From a virus, in IMG/VR virus record IMGVR_UViG_3300020200_000015, positions 1-64,000 of that record: a stretch of 64,000 nucleotides of DNA. One strand, written 5' to 3'. Under the pieces are notes generated by a model that was not told where the DNA came from, ran no database searches, and saw only the letters and a program-made list of their open reading frames with translations. Of this stretch, positions 1 through 8,775 are shown piece by piece (within the stretch, counting starts at the first letter, position 1; the number at the start of each line of letters is the position of its first letter). A program made the position numbers and the translations under genes.

Positions 1-178
1 TTGGGGTCCATTTCGATGCGCCTACGCCTTCGCCGTCTTTTGTCAGGGACCACAAAGAGGCTCGCCCTAGATAGTCGCGCAGGCCGGTGTCTAGCCACAC
101 CCTGCCACGAAACCAAGCATAGTGCCTTTTGTCATCGTAATAGATTGCCTCATCTACAAACTTGTTGTCGTTGCTCAT
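1..178 (-). CDS. hypothetical protein, 3' end runs off the window (MSNDNKFVDEAIYYDDKRHYAWFRGRVWLD...)
   Basis: Not in the ORF track. ATG at 178 with AAGGAG Shine-Dalgarno upstream, and the frame stays open to position 1. Confidence 0.6.
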   Translation of the reverse strand, partial: MSNDNKFVDEAIYYDDKRHYAWFRGRVWLDTGLRDYLGRASLWSLTKDGEGVGASKWTP

Positions 179-231
179 TTCTTCTCCTTCTGCTCCGTCG
201 ATTGCAACAGCATTGCCATGCATTTTTACAC

Positions 232-684
232 TCACATATTGTGCCAGTTCTTCGTGTGCTCAAGGAACACATCGCACTGGAACTTATCGACTGAGGCAAC
301 GTAGCCCTCATTCATATCCCATGTGACAGAAGTCGTCGTGTGAAGACCGCCGCGTGCACCCCAATCGACAGTGATGTTCACCCACTTGGGGAACACAACC
401 TTCACAAACTGCTCAGTGATAGCCTGCGTGGCGGCCTCATGGAAGATGCCAACGCCGTAGAACGAACGCAGGTATAGCTTCCACGCCTTTAGTTCGACGC
501 AGTTAGCGTTCGGGATGTAGCGTAGGATGACACGGCCATAATCAGGCAGGCCGGTCTTAGGGCACACTGAGCTGAACTCAGGATCGATAATCTGCACGAG
601 CTTATCTTCATTTGAAGGGTTCGGCACAACATCGAGAGCGTAGAAGGTCGCCTTGTTGAACGGGATCGGAAAGACTGGTTGCAT
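232..684 (-). CDS. queF: preQ0 nitrile reductase QueF (unimodular, type I)
   Basis: EFSSVCPKTGLPD (catalytic Cys/Asp), QueF motif ELKAWKLYL, FHE and ARGG. Confidence 0.93.
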   Translation of the reverse strand: MQPVFPIPFNKATFYALDVVPNPSNEDKLVQIIDPEFSSVCPKTGLPDYGRVILRYIPNANCVELKAWKLYLRSFYGVGIFHEAATQAITEQFVKVVFPKWVNITVDWGARGGLHTTTSVTWDMNEGYVASVDKFQCDVFLEHTKNWHNM

Positions 685-769
685 GGTTGGTTATACCTTG
701 AACTGGTCATACAGCGTGGGTTTCATTGCTTTGCTTCCTTTGCTTTGCGAGTTGATCGTGGTCGAGAAC

Positions 770-797
770 ATAGCGGTAGGGTTGCCCCTACCGCTAT
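770..797 (-). terminator. perfect 12-bp hairpin with GCAA tetraloop just after the DUF932-like gene; probable terminator or stability hairpin
   Basis: Minus strand ATAGCGGTAGGG-GCAA-CCCTACCGCTAT; the U-tail is weak. Confidence 0.6.
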
Positions 798-800
798 ATC

Positions 801-1892
801 TCAGTTCCAGAACTGGTTGCTGAGCGTCGCAGTCTCCAGAATCGCGCCGCCGACAGCTTGCAGCTTGAGCTTGCTGTCATCGGTCAGCTCTTCTGCGTGC
901 GTACCGGCGCGAGTCACCGCATTGGAGAGACGGTACAAGTTGTTGGACTTGATCGTCTCGCCCTCGACACGCCACCCTTCACGGATGTACTTGTCCTCCA
1001 GGCGGGTGACGGCCATGTCGCGTGCCAGCCGAACCATTGCGCTGTCAGGCTCGTTCGTCTCAGGGTTGACCGAGAGTTCGATCTTGTGCGCCCTCTCGAT
1101 CTGCTCGACGACACGATTGCTGTAGCCGTCTATCATCTCGACACCTTGCCGCAGATTTGACATCGCAGCATCGATCTCACGCGACTCCTTGCCGGTGTGG
1201 CTGATGCTGATGATTACACCCTTGCTCATCGTGGTGGCACCGTTGGTGCATATGAGTCGAAGTGTGTAAGGCGACAGGGTGAGACCTGACGTCTGAGCAA
1301 CGTCGCTATCCTGGAAGCGCACGCCCCACTCGATAGGATCCTTGCTCAGAAGACGCTGGTGCTTCTCACTGTCAATGCCCGTCAAGCCTTCGTCCAGGCG
1401 GCGGGTGATGAAGTCGATGACCAGACCATCGCCATCGAATCGCGTGAGCTTGACCTTCTTGTCTGGGCCAAGCTTGCTGATGAGCGCCTCGATGGAGTTT
1501 TCGTAGGGGATGGGGTTCCAGCTTGCCGACATCATAGCACGCATGACACGCTGGCCATCGCGCTGCTCGAAGCGCAGCAGCGCTTCCTTGTCAGGGCTGA
1601 CGCCAACCCAGTGGTTGAAGTTGAGTGCAGCCAAACCAGGGTCACCCTTCTCGCCGGTCACGAGCTTGGCCAGGTATGCACCGGGCAAGCCGTAGACGAC
1701 GTTTGAGGTCTGGCGGTACACACGGTCATCGAAGGAGTAAACATCCTCCTTTGACGAACCGGGACGACGGACGATGATCTTCCCAGGCTGGGCAGGATCC
1801 ATCAAGAGAGACTTGACGGACACCACCTCGTCTGAGAGATTTGCCTTACGGTTCAGAACCTTCTGGCGGATCTGTTCGAGCGTTGTGGACAT
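801..1892 (-). CDS. DUF932/DUF945-like phage protein
   Basis: Family-type motif LRLICTNG, preceded by G.RF..SD; C-terminal LY.L.NAVT. Confidence 0.7.
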   Translation of the reverse strand: MSTTLEQIRQKVLNRKANLSDEVVSVKSLLMDPAQPGKIIVRRPGSSKEDVYSFDDRVYRQTSNVVYGLPGAYLAKLVTGEKGDPGLAALNFNHWVGVSPDKEALLRFEQRDGQRVMRAMMSASWNPIPYENSIEALISKLGPDKKVKLTRFDGDGLVIDFITRRLDEGLTGIDSEKHQRLLSKDPIEWGVRFQDSDVAQTSGLTLSPYTLRLICTNGATTMSKGVIISISHTGKESREIDAAMSNLRQGVEMIDGYSNRVVEQIERAHKIELSVNPETNEPDSAMVRLARDMAVTRLEDKYIREGWRVEGETIKSNNLYRLSNAVTRAGTHAEELTDDSKLKLQAVGGAILETATLSNQFWN

Positions 1893-2050
1893 TGGTTTTC
1901 TCTTTGTAGCAGCAAGATTGCTGCGACTACCTGTACCATACAGCGGCGCATGGCAAAGGCAATAGCCAGCAAAACGAAACTTGCTACATCAGTTACGATT
2001 GATCGATCGATTGAACCACAGATATCTCGATTTCGAGAGATATCGAGCAC

Positions 2051-2575
2051 TCAAATTTTCGTGCTGAACGGGATAGCATTCCTGACGATCTTCATGTGCT
2101 CGTTCTCAGGAGGATCACACAGCCATTGAGGGTTCGTACCGAAGACATTCAACCCGAGCTGAGACATGTGGCTGACGTAGCTCATATCGTTCCAGCCTAG
2201 CCTTTTCATCTTCTCAATCTTCGGCCACTCGAGCATATCAAACTTGCTGCAATCGATCACAGCAAACTCTCCCCTGTAACCAATAGCGTGCTGCCAACCA
2301 TAAGGCTGCCGAAAGATCTTCGTGGCATCACTCAGGTCGGTAAGCACCTTGCAGCCAACATCAATGTAAACTGCACGACCTTTATAACTGCACAACTCTG
2401 GGATCGAGTACTTCAAGCACTCGTAGGGGGTCTTCCAGAGCTTGTTCGTCCAACCACTTCTAGTATTGAACTTCAAGAAGGTCAGTGACAACTTGCCAGA
2501 ACAGTGAGCTTGCAAGTGGCTGATGAATTCATCCTCTTGCCTCTTCTGACCATAGCTACCAATGAAAACTCTCAC
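2051..2575 (-). CDS. GT8-like glycosyltransferase (short, DxD degenerate)
   Basis: RVFIG, W.TP, IPELC.YKGRAVYID pattern of GT8-like proteins; DxD appears as DVG. Confidence 0.55.
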   Translation of the reverse strand: MRVFIGSYGQKRQEDEFISHLQAHCSGKLSLTFLKFNTRSGWTNKLWKTPYECLKYSIPELCSYKGRAVYIDVGCKVLTDLSDATKIFRQPYGWQHAIGYRGEFAVIDCSKFDMLEWPKIEKMKRLGWNDMSYVSHMSQLGLNVFGTNPQWLCDPPENEHMKIVRNAIPFSTKI

Positions 2576-3162
2576 TTCTTGCCCCCATAGACGACTGACA
2601 TGAACTCAGCGCGCACGGCGGGGTCAGACCTGAACTCACCGAGCAGTGCCGATGTCTCCATGGTCGAGTGTGAGTCCTCGACCCCCCTCATATGGGAACA
2701 CATGTGAACCGAATTGTAGACAAGCACGCCAACGCCTTGAGGGTTGAGCGAGTCATTGATTGCATTGGCAATCTGCATAGTCATTCGCTCTTGGATTTGA
2801 AATCTCCGAGAGAAGCAGCGGACCAACCGTGGCAACTTGCTCAGACCAACGACGATCTTAGTCTGTTTATTCGGAATATAACCGATTGCGACTCTGCCGT
2901 GGAACGGAAGCATGTGATGAGCGCACATGCTGAAGTAGTCAATGTCTTTGACTACAATCATCTGGTCGTAGTCTTCTGATGGGAAGCGTGTCTTCAGAAT
3001 CTCTTCGGGATTCTGAGTGTACCCATCAGTCAACTCATAAAACGCCTTCGCAACACGCTTCGGCGTATCGTTGAAGTTAGGATCATTGAGGCTGAATCCT
3101 CTTGAAGAGGAAAGCTCATACAAGATCTGCGATACGTTCCATTGAAGATTGCTGTTTTCCAT
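2572..3162 (-). CDS. folE: GTP cyclohydrolase I
   Basis: DTPKRVAK, SMCAHHMLPFHG, GLSKLPR, QIQERMT and HMC..MRGV; start moved to ATG 3162 next to the queC stop. Confidence 0.97.
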   Translation of the reverse strand: MENSNLQWNVSQILYELSSSRGFSLNDPNFNDTPKRVAKAFYELTDGYTQNPEEILKTRFPSEDYDQMIVVKDIDYFSMCAHHMLPFHGRVAIGYIPNKQTKIVVGLSKLPRLVRCFSRRFQIQERMTMQIANAINDSLNPQGVGVLVYNSVHMCSHMRGVEDSHSTMETSALLGEFRSDPAVRAEFMSVVYGGKK

Positions 3163-3163
3163 G

Positions 3164-4072
3164 TCACTTGATCCACTTTGCGATAGCAGGATCTTCCATA
3201 CCAAGTTCGTTGAAGGCCGTGCGACGCAAGATGCAGCTATCACACTCACCACAACCACCCAGCACGCCGTTGTAGCACGAGTGGGTATCTTCGTACTTGA
3301 CGCCAAGCTCCAAGCCAAGGCGGATGATGTTACGCTTGTTCAGCATCATCAGCGGCGCGTGCACGCCAATCTCGTGCCCGTTGAATACGCCAATAGACAG
3401 AGCATCACGCATTGCGGCAATGAACTCAGGGCGGCAATCAGGGTAGCCGCTGTAGTCAAGAGCATTCACGCCAAGAGCGATGTGCCTGAAGCCAGAGGCA
3501 AAGGCTGACTGCGCAACGGCAGTCATAAAGTACAGGTTGCGACCGGGAACGAATGTTGAAGGGATGCGCTTCGCCATGTCGTCAATCGACTGGTTACGCG
3601 GCACCTTCACTTCATCGCGAGTCAAACTGCTCACTGCAAGCTGATTGATAGGAGTCATATCAACCAATTGATGCGTAACGGGCACATCAAAGCTGTCCCG
3701 GTACGTGTTCAAATAATTGATTGCTCGATCGATCTCGATCTTATGGCGCTGGCCATAATCGAAGATCAAGCAGTGCACACTTCCGAAGAGCTTGCAAGCC
3801 CAGTGAAGAACAGTCGTGCTGTCAAGCCCGCCGCTAAACGACAAGGAGACGCCAGCCTTCTTCAACTTCTCGTAGTACTTGTCGCGTGCGCTACGCTCGA
3901 CAATCATCAAGTTTGCAATGCGATCATCGCGCATATCAGCCAACTTACTTGGCCAGAAATCGCTGAGGTCGCGGTGCATTACCGCAGGGGTCATTATCTT
4001 CTGACCAGTGATCGGACAAATCTGCTTCGGAAGATTTGTGAAAGCTATTTGCTCTAACGCCTTATCATCCAT
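3164..4072 (-). CDS. queC: 7-cyano-7-deazaguanine synthase QueC with ~70-aa N-terminal extension
   Basis: SGGLDS PP-loop, DYGQRH, FVPGRN, SGYPDCR and SCY...CGECDSC..R. Confidence 0.97.
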   Translation of the reverse strand: MDDKALEQIAFTNLPKQICPITGQKIMTPAVMHRDLSDFWPSKLADMRDDRIANLMIVERSARDKYYEKLKKAGVSLSFSGGLDSTTVLHWACKLFGSVHCLIFDYGQRHKIEIDRAINYLNTYRDSFDVPVTHQLVDMTPINQLAVSSLTRDEVKVPRNQSIDDMAKRIPSTFVPGRNLYFMTAVAQSAFASGFRHIALGVNALDYSGYPDCRPEFIAAMRDALSIGVFNGHEIGVHAPLMMLNKRNIIRLGLELGVKYEDTHSCYNGVLGGCGECDSCILRRTAFNELGMEDPAIAKWIK

Positions 4073-4119
4073 AGCTAGGTATACTGGTATTATGCTCTAA
4101 TCATAATAACCGTGGCAAG

Positions 4120-4482
4120 CTAAATGATTGTCGGCCTAAGCCTTATCGTTCCGACAAGTGTGTTGATAGTCTTGCCGCCCAGATTATAAGCCGCCTCTTG
4201 ATAGTAGTTACCAGGCAGCAAGTTCCTGGTATCAACGCCACTGAGAACGACAGTGAAGATACCATTTGCCGGTGTGTCAATTCTGATGCCACTGCCTGGG
4301 TAGCTCTTAGTGAGTACCGGCGTACTGCGATCAGTCGATGCCATCGCCCAGTCGATAGCAGTTACGCTACTGAGATCGATCGCAGACCCGGCGCTGTTTT
4401 GCACAGCAACATCTAATTCACGATACTCACCAGCCTGTATCGTGATCGAAGAGTTTATCTTTCCCACCGCCAAAAGATACAA
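4120..4482 (-). CDS. stand-alone BppU N-terminal-like (Ig-like) domain protein
   Basis: Pattern I.AG.....V.V....G..IDLS / G.F.V.L...DT..L.PG.Y..E. Confidence 0.55.
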   Translation of the reverse strand: MYLLAVGKINSSITIQAGEYRELDVAVQNSAGSAIDLSSVTAIDWAMASTDRSTPVLTKSYPGSGIRIDTPANGIFTVVLSGVDTRNLLPGNYYQEAAYNLGGKTINTLVGTIRLRPTII

Positions 4483-4485
4483 GGG

Positions 4486-5004
4486 TCAAATCATCTCAAG
4501 CAGTTGGAGCGTATTCTTCTCGTTGATGAAGAACGCTTCAATCTGATTGACGATTGGTGCGTAATCGCTGATTTGCTTAATGAAAGATACAGCGTCCTTC
4601 AAAAGCAAGCGAGCTTCGATATTTGCCCTCTTAGCAGCATCACGAAACTTCTCTTGTCTCATTCTCTTCTTCTTGCGATTGACCGAATTGACTCTGGTAG
4701 CCCTAGTCTTATCACAAGGCTTGCAATAGGTGTATGGACGACCGTTGTGTCTCCTGTAGAAGTGCAATTTCGCATCTTTCCACTGATTGCAGATGCGACA
4801 GAGCTTCATACCATCAACTACTGCCGGCTCACGGGACCAAGAGTTTCTCATCTCGATCCCTGATTTGTGAAGATATCTAGCGATTGTTGAATTACTGAGA
4901 TTGAAATGATCTGCTACTGCTGGGATTGTGAGACGCTTATCGCTCAGATAGTATTCAGGAATGAGCTTTGCCAGCTCAGCCCGCCTAGCGCGTGTGTGAG
5001 CCAT
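4486..5004 (-). CDS. HTH plus zinc-finger DNA-binding protein (homing-endonuclease-type binding domains, no clear nuclease domain)
   Basis: HTH TIPAVADHFNLSNSTIARYL; K.CRIC..WK...FY...YCKPC finger; ATG 5004 overlaps the queE stop. Confidence 0.65.
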   Translation of the reverse strand: MAHTRARRAELAKLIPEYYLSDKRLTIPAVADHFNLSNSTIARYLHKSGIEMRNSWSREPAVVDGMKLCRICNQWKDAKLHFYRRHNGRPYTYCKPCDKTRATRVNSVNRKKKRMRQEKFRDAAKRANIEARLLLKDAVSFIKQISDYAPIVNQIEAFFINEKNTLQLLEMI

Positions 5005-5789
5005 TAGGTTCCGGGCCTGTTCCCGTAGGCGAGGACATGGATTTGCGGCGTGATGATTGTACGCTTCCACACCTCGCCCATCTTGCAGCGAAGCTTATAG
5101 CTTTCCAGCAGCCAGTGGAGTGAAGCTGACAAGTTGTTGCGGATAGTAGGTGCATCAAGATGCTGGGTGATTCTGTTCCCAGCCATCGTATCGCTCATAT
5201 TGATCGTGCTGTTGGTCACGATATTGGTATTGAACGGCTGCAAGACCATCGTGCAAGCGCCATTGAGCTGCACGTTGACAGCATGGGCGTAGTCGAGATC
5301 TTCGTTACTTGAGATCAAGCACTTGACTTGATCTTGTGTACGCATGTTTTCGATACCCTTAAAGTATCCCTTCATCTGTTCGCCGGTACAGGGAGTCTTT
5401 GCGTCAGGCGAGTACAGGTCGGACCTCTCATGCACAACCTTGTCGTAGAAACGACCGCTCGTTTCAATGTGAACAAGCAATCCATTAGCATTGAACTGCT
5501 CAATCATAGTGAGTAGCTGTTTGGTGTAGAGCATTGGCTCGCCACCAGTCACGCTCACCCACTTGATACCATACTTCTGGCAGGCATCGAGCGCCCTGCC
5601 GATGACAAGCTCAAGATCAACAATCTGATTCTGGCTGGCATTCCAAGAATACTCGCTGTCGCAGAATGAACAGCGCAACGGGCAGCCGCCAACTCTGATG
5701 AAGTAGTACGGGTGGCCGATGTTGATACCTTCACCCTGCACAGAGACGAACTCTTCAAGAACTGGCAGCTTGTTGGACGGCAGACCCAT
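5004..5789 (-). CDS. queE: 7-carboxy-7-deazaguanine synthase QueE (radical SAM)
   Basis: SVQGEG, FIR.GGCPLRCSFCDS (CxxxCxxC), TGGEP, IETSG and PQIH. Confidence 0.96.
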   Translation of the reverse strand: MGLPSNKLPVLEEFVSVQGEGINIGHPYYFIRVGGCPLRCSFCDSEYSWNASQNQIVDLELVIGRALDACQKYGIKWVSVTGGEPMLYTKQLLTMIEQFNANGLLVHIETSGRFYDKVVHERSDLYSPDAKTPCTGEQMKGYFKGIENMRTQDQVKCLISSNEDLDYAHAVNVQLNGACTMVLQPFNTNIVTNSTINMSDTMAGNRITQHLDAPTIRNNLSASLHWLLESYKLRCKMGEVWKRTIITPQIHVLAYGNRPGT

Positions 5790-5840
5790 GGATGCTACTA
5801 CGTGTAGTAGTCAAAACTCATACTACACTCAAGCATCTAG

Positions 5841-6608
5841 CTAAAGTGCGCTACGCCACTTGTCAGGTATCTGCTCGTTCGGCATACCGATTGAATTGAA
5901 TTGATTGTTAATGGCCGATTCTACGTTCCGGACATCATACCTTCCGTCAGTGTGGCGACGATTCAGCCAACGACGACGAAGTAATTCTCTGCACGAATAG
6001 TGCATGTGAATGAGACGCACATCTTCACGCTCAGTTGGAACAACTTCTCTAACCCAATTGTTAGTCCACTTAGTAGTGTGCCACCCAGCCCCCCATCCAG
6101 GATCACAACTGGTGATCGCTACCTTGCAGTAATGCTGCCAGTTACGATGCCAAGTCATTCTCTGAGTTAACCACGGCCTCTTCGAAGTATCCAGAGGAAC
6201 GGTGCCAACATCAACGACATCGTAGCCAGAACACTGCACAAACTCTCCATCAAATCGATCGATGAATTCGCGCAAGCCGCCAGAGTAAATTTCAGGGTCT
6301 GCAACGATGAACTCATCTGCATCAGCCCGCAATACGTATTTATATCCTGATGCAAGTAATTGCTTGATGATTCTCATCGTATGGCCGCTGATGTGGCCGT
6401 CATCAACCTGACCGCGCATTTCGCCCTCAGGCGTTTTACTGTTAATCACTTCAACATTACATTTGAATCCTTCAAATAAATTGCCATCTGATCCATCATC
6501 GAGCATCCAGATATCTTTCTGGTCGAAGTGATCAGAATAATAGTCATACCACATGCGGGTGAAGTCAACTTCATTGTAGAAGCACCCGACAGCAGCACAC
6601 TTGCCCAT
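5841..6608 (-). CDS. glycosyltransferase, GT-A fold (Glyco_tranf_2_4-like)
   Basis: YNE, LDDGS, ADADEFI (DxD), K.AI, GWH and LIH.HY. Confidence 0.85.
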   Translation of the reverse strand: MGKCAAVGCFYNEVDFTRMWYDYYSDHFDQKDIWMLDDGSDGNLFEGFKCNVEVINSKTPEGEMRGQVDDGHISGHTMRIIKQLLASGYKYVLRADADEFIVADPEIYSGGLREFIDRFDGEFVQCSGYDVVDVGTVPLDTSKRPWLTQRMTWHRNWQHYCKVAITSCDPGWGAGWHTTKWTNNWVREVVPTEREDVRLIHMHYSCRELLRRRWLNRRHTDGRYDVRNVESAINNQFNSIGMPNEQIPDKWRSAL

Positions 6609-6643
6609 GCTGCTTGATACAACTAATTCACAAACGCTTACTA

Positions 6644-7075
6644 TTACTTCTCAGTGAAGACTGCGTAGCAGTTTGGCGTTTCCCACACCAGTACAGAATT
6701 CACTTTGACGCCATCCATCGCAAGAAGCTCTTTGGCCTTATAGTAGAGCAGCTCAGCGATATTCTCAGCAGTAGGGTTCTTGTCCATGATGAAGTGCCTA
6801 TGCCCACTCATAGAACCAGCACGCCACTCATAGGCAATCGGATCATCCCTGAAGATCAACATGCCATGGTCAAGGTTGTCATCAATCCACTTGCCGAAAA
6901 CGCCTTTGATGACTGAGAAATCAACCACCCTACCGAGCTTGTCGAGGCTGCCAGTGCATTCAACCTCGACAACATATCGATGCCCGTGGATGTGGTTGCA
7001 CTTTGATTCGTGCTGATAGACGCGGTGGCCAGCGTCGAATTCAATCTTACGGGTGATCGTGTATGTGGCAGTCAC
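6644..7075 (-). CDS. queD: 6-carboxytetrahydropterin synthase QueD
   Basis: FDAGHR, C.HIHGHRY, DF..IK, LDH, PTAEN and WETP. Confidence 0.97.
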   Translation of the reverse strand: MTATYTITRKIEFDAGHRVYQHESKCNHIHGHRYVVEVECTGSLDKLGRVVDFSVIKGVFGKWIDDNLDHGMLIFRDDPIAYEWRAGSMSGHRHFIMDKNPTAENIAELLYYKAKELLAMDGVKVNSVLVWETPNCYAVFTEK

Positions 7076-7353
7076 TTACCAAGCTCCAAGTTGGTGGGGT
7101 CGATTTCACTGGTTACGCCAAGTACCCAACGCAGAACTGCGTAAATGCAAGCCTCATATGACTGCTTGTCAACAAGACTCTCAAGCTGCTCGTTCATCGT
7201 CTTGAGACGAGCAGGCTTGATATCCGGCGCTAGGCCAGCGTTAGCTAGCCCGATGTTCTGAACAAGCTGCTTGATCTTCTCAGCACGCCTCTGCAAAGCT
7301 GAAGAAGAGATAGCAGCCTGATGAAAGATCTCTTGCTCTGTTCTAATCTTCAT
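7072..7353 (-). CDS. hypothetical protein
   Basis: Overlaps both neighbours in an operon-like way; ends ..LRWVLG. Confidence 0.6.
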   Translation of the reverse strand: MKIRTEQEIFHQAAISSSALQRRAEKIKQLVQNIGLANAGLAPDIKPARLKTMNEQLESLVDKQSYEACIYAVLRWVLGVTSEIDPTNLELGK

Positions 7354-7900
7354 AATTCTCTGAATCCTTCACCCAAATACCAAGGCCGGCACCGCCCTGA
7401 TCAACTTCGATCTTCTTGCCTGGCAATTCATTGAAGAACTTACGCACTGACGGGAAAGAGTTGATGTCGTGGAACATGATGACACCACCCGACAGCACAA
7501 CAGGTGACCAAGCATCGAAGTCCCTCTTCACACCATCGTAGCTATGGTCGCCATCGATGTGAAGAATGTCAATGTCGAGGTAGTTCTCAGGTTGACGCCA
7601 CATCGCAAGAACCTGAACGCTATCACCTTGAATCAACTTAGCGTTCGGGAATGATGCGATGTTGCTCAACACATGGCTCTTAGCTTGCTGAGCAGTACCA
7701 TACTCAACATAGGCGTCGATTCCGAATACACTCGCCTTCGGAAAATCACGCGCCATAGTGAAGAAGCTATAGCCGTAGTCAACTCCGATCTCAACGATGC
7801 AGCGCACATCATCAAGATCTTTGATGACAGTCGAAAGAGCCTGCTTGTACTCATTAGCAGCACTCGTCCAAGCACTAGGGCAGTCGAAAGCGTTCATCAA
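7343..7900 (-). CDS. class I SAM-dependent methyltransferase (Methyltransf_24-like)
   Basis: VEIGVDYGYS, GID, LHIDGDHSY.GV..D and GG.I.FHD. Confidence 0.92.
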   Translation of the reverse strand: MMNAFDCPSAWTSAANEYKQALSTVIKDLDDVRCIVEIGVDYGYSFFTMARDFPKASVFGIDAYVEYGTAQQAKSHVLSNIASFPNAKLIQGDSVQVLAMWRQPENYLDIDILHIDGDHSYDGVKRDFDAWSPVVLSGGVIMFHDINSFPSVRKFFNELPGKKIEVDQGGAGLGIWVKDSENYED

Positions 7901-8742
7901 ATCACACTCGCTGGTAGACGGTTCTTGAACTTCTTGTACATGACTTCGTGTGCGCGGCGATGGATACTGAGGTCAGTTGTACCCATTGCCTCAGCCCACT
8001 TCTCTCGCGTGCTCGTTACGCCGCCATGGTGTACGCAGTCGATGTCGAGTACGTAGTTCTTGTAGCCGCCAAAGTGCGAGTCAAGGCAGATATCGTTGTC
8101 GTAGTTGTGGTGCGGTGGGTAGCTCTCGTAATCGAACTTGCCCTTAAGAGCGTTGTCGATCATGTGCCTTGACACTACGAGTGTAAATCCGTCAAGTGTC
8201 ACAACGCGCTCGTATCTACCGCTCACAACACGACCACCAGCACCGGCCATACTCGGCACGGTGAAACAATTCCACCTCATGAGCTGCGTGAAGTGATATG
8301 GGGCGCGATAGATGTCTGGAGTACCAAGCCCTTTCGCTCCGAACATGCCACAGACACCTGGCGGCTTGCCGTTGATAAGCTCAAGCTCTGCTAGCAAATT
8401 CTCAATCGCCACATCCCATCCGTACATCTTCATCTCGACATCATTGTGCGAGTAGAAGATGTAGTCTGTCTTCACATACTCGAGAGCTTGCTGGAACGTT
8501 CTGTAAACGCCAGTGTTTGACTGATTACGAACACAGTCAACGTCGTACTCCTTCTTCCAATCCTTGTAGAACTGCTGCTCAACCAACGGAACGGTACTGC
8601 CGTTGTCGATAAAGAGGATCTTGAACGAACTCTTCGCGTGGTCGAACCAAGACTGGACGTACTTAGCCGTGGCTTCATGCTGATTCAGGATCGGGATTAC
8701 GACCGTAAAACACATGTACGTCACCCTTTCTAATCTGCTCAA
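7897..8742 (-). CDS. glycosyltransferase family 2
   Basis: VVIPILNQ, IDNGS, N.GV, HND, Y.NDI and HHGG. Confidence 0.88.
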   Translation of the reverse strand: MSRLERVTYMCFTVVIPILNQHEATAKYVQSWFDHAKSSFKILFIDNGSTVPLVEQQFYKDWKKEYDVDCVRNQSNTGVYRTFQQALEYVKTDYIFYSHNDVEMKMYGWDVAIENLLAELELINGKPPGVCGMFGAKGLGTPDIYRAPYHFTQLMRWNCFTVPSMAGAGGRVVSGRYERVVTLDGFTLVVSRHMIDNALKGKFDYESYPPHHNYDNDICLDSHFGGYKNYVLDIDCVHHGGVTSTREKWAEAMGTTDLSIHRRAHEVMYKKFKNRLPASVI

Positions 8743-8775
8743 TCAGTCGCAATACATACTGAAAGAACTCAGGTC

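Noticed and set aside
685-770. preQ1 riboswitch upstream of queF
   Set aside because: No preQ1-I stem/loop plus A-rich tail consensus could be matched by eye.
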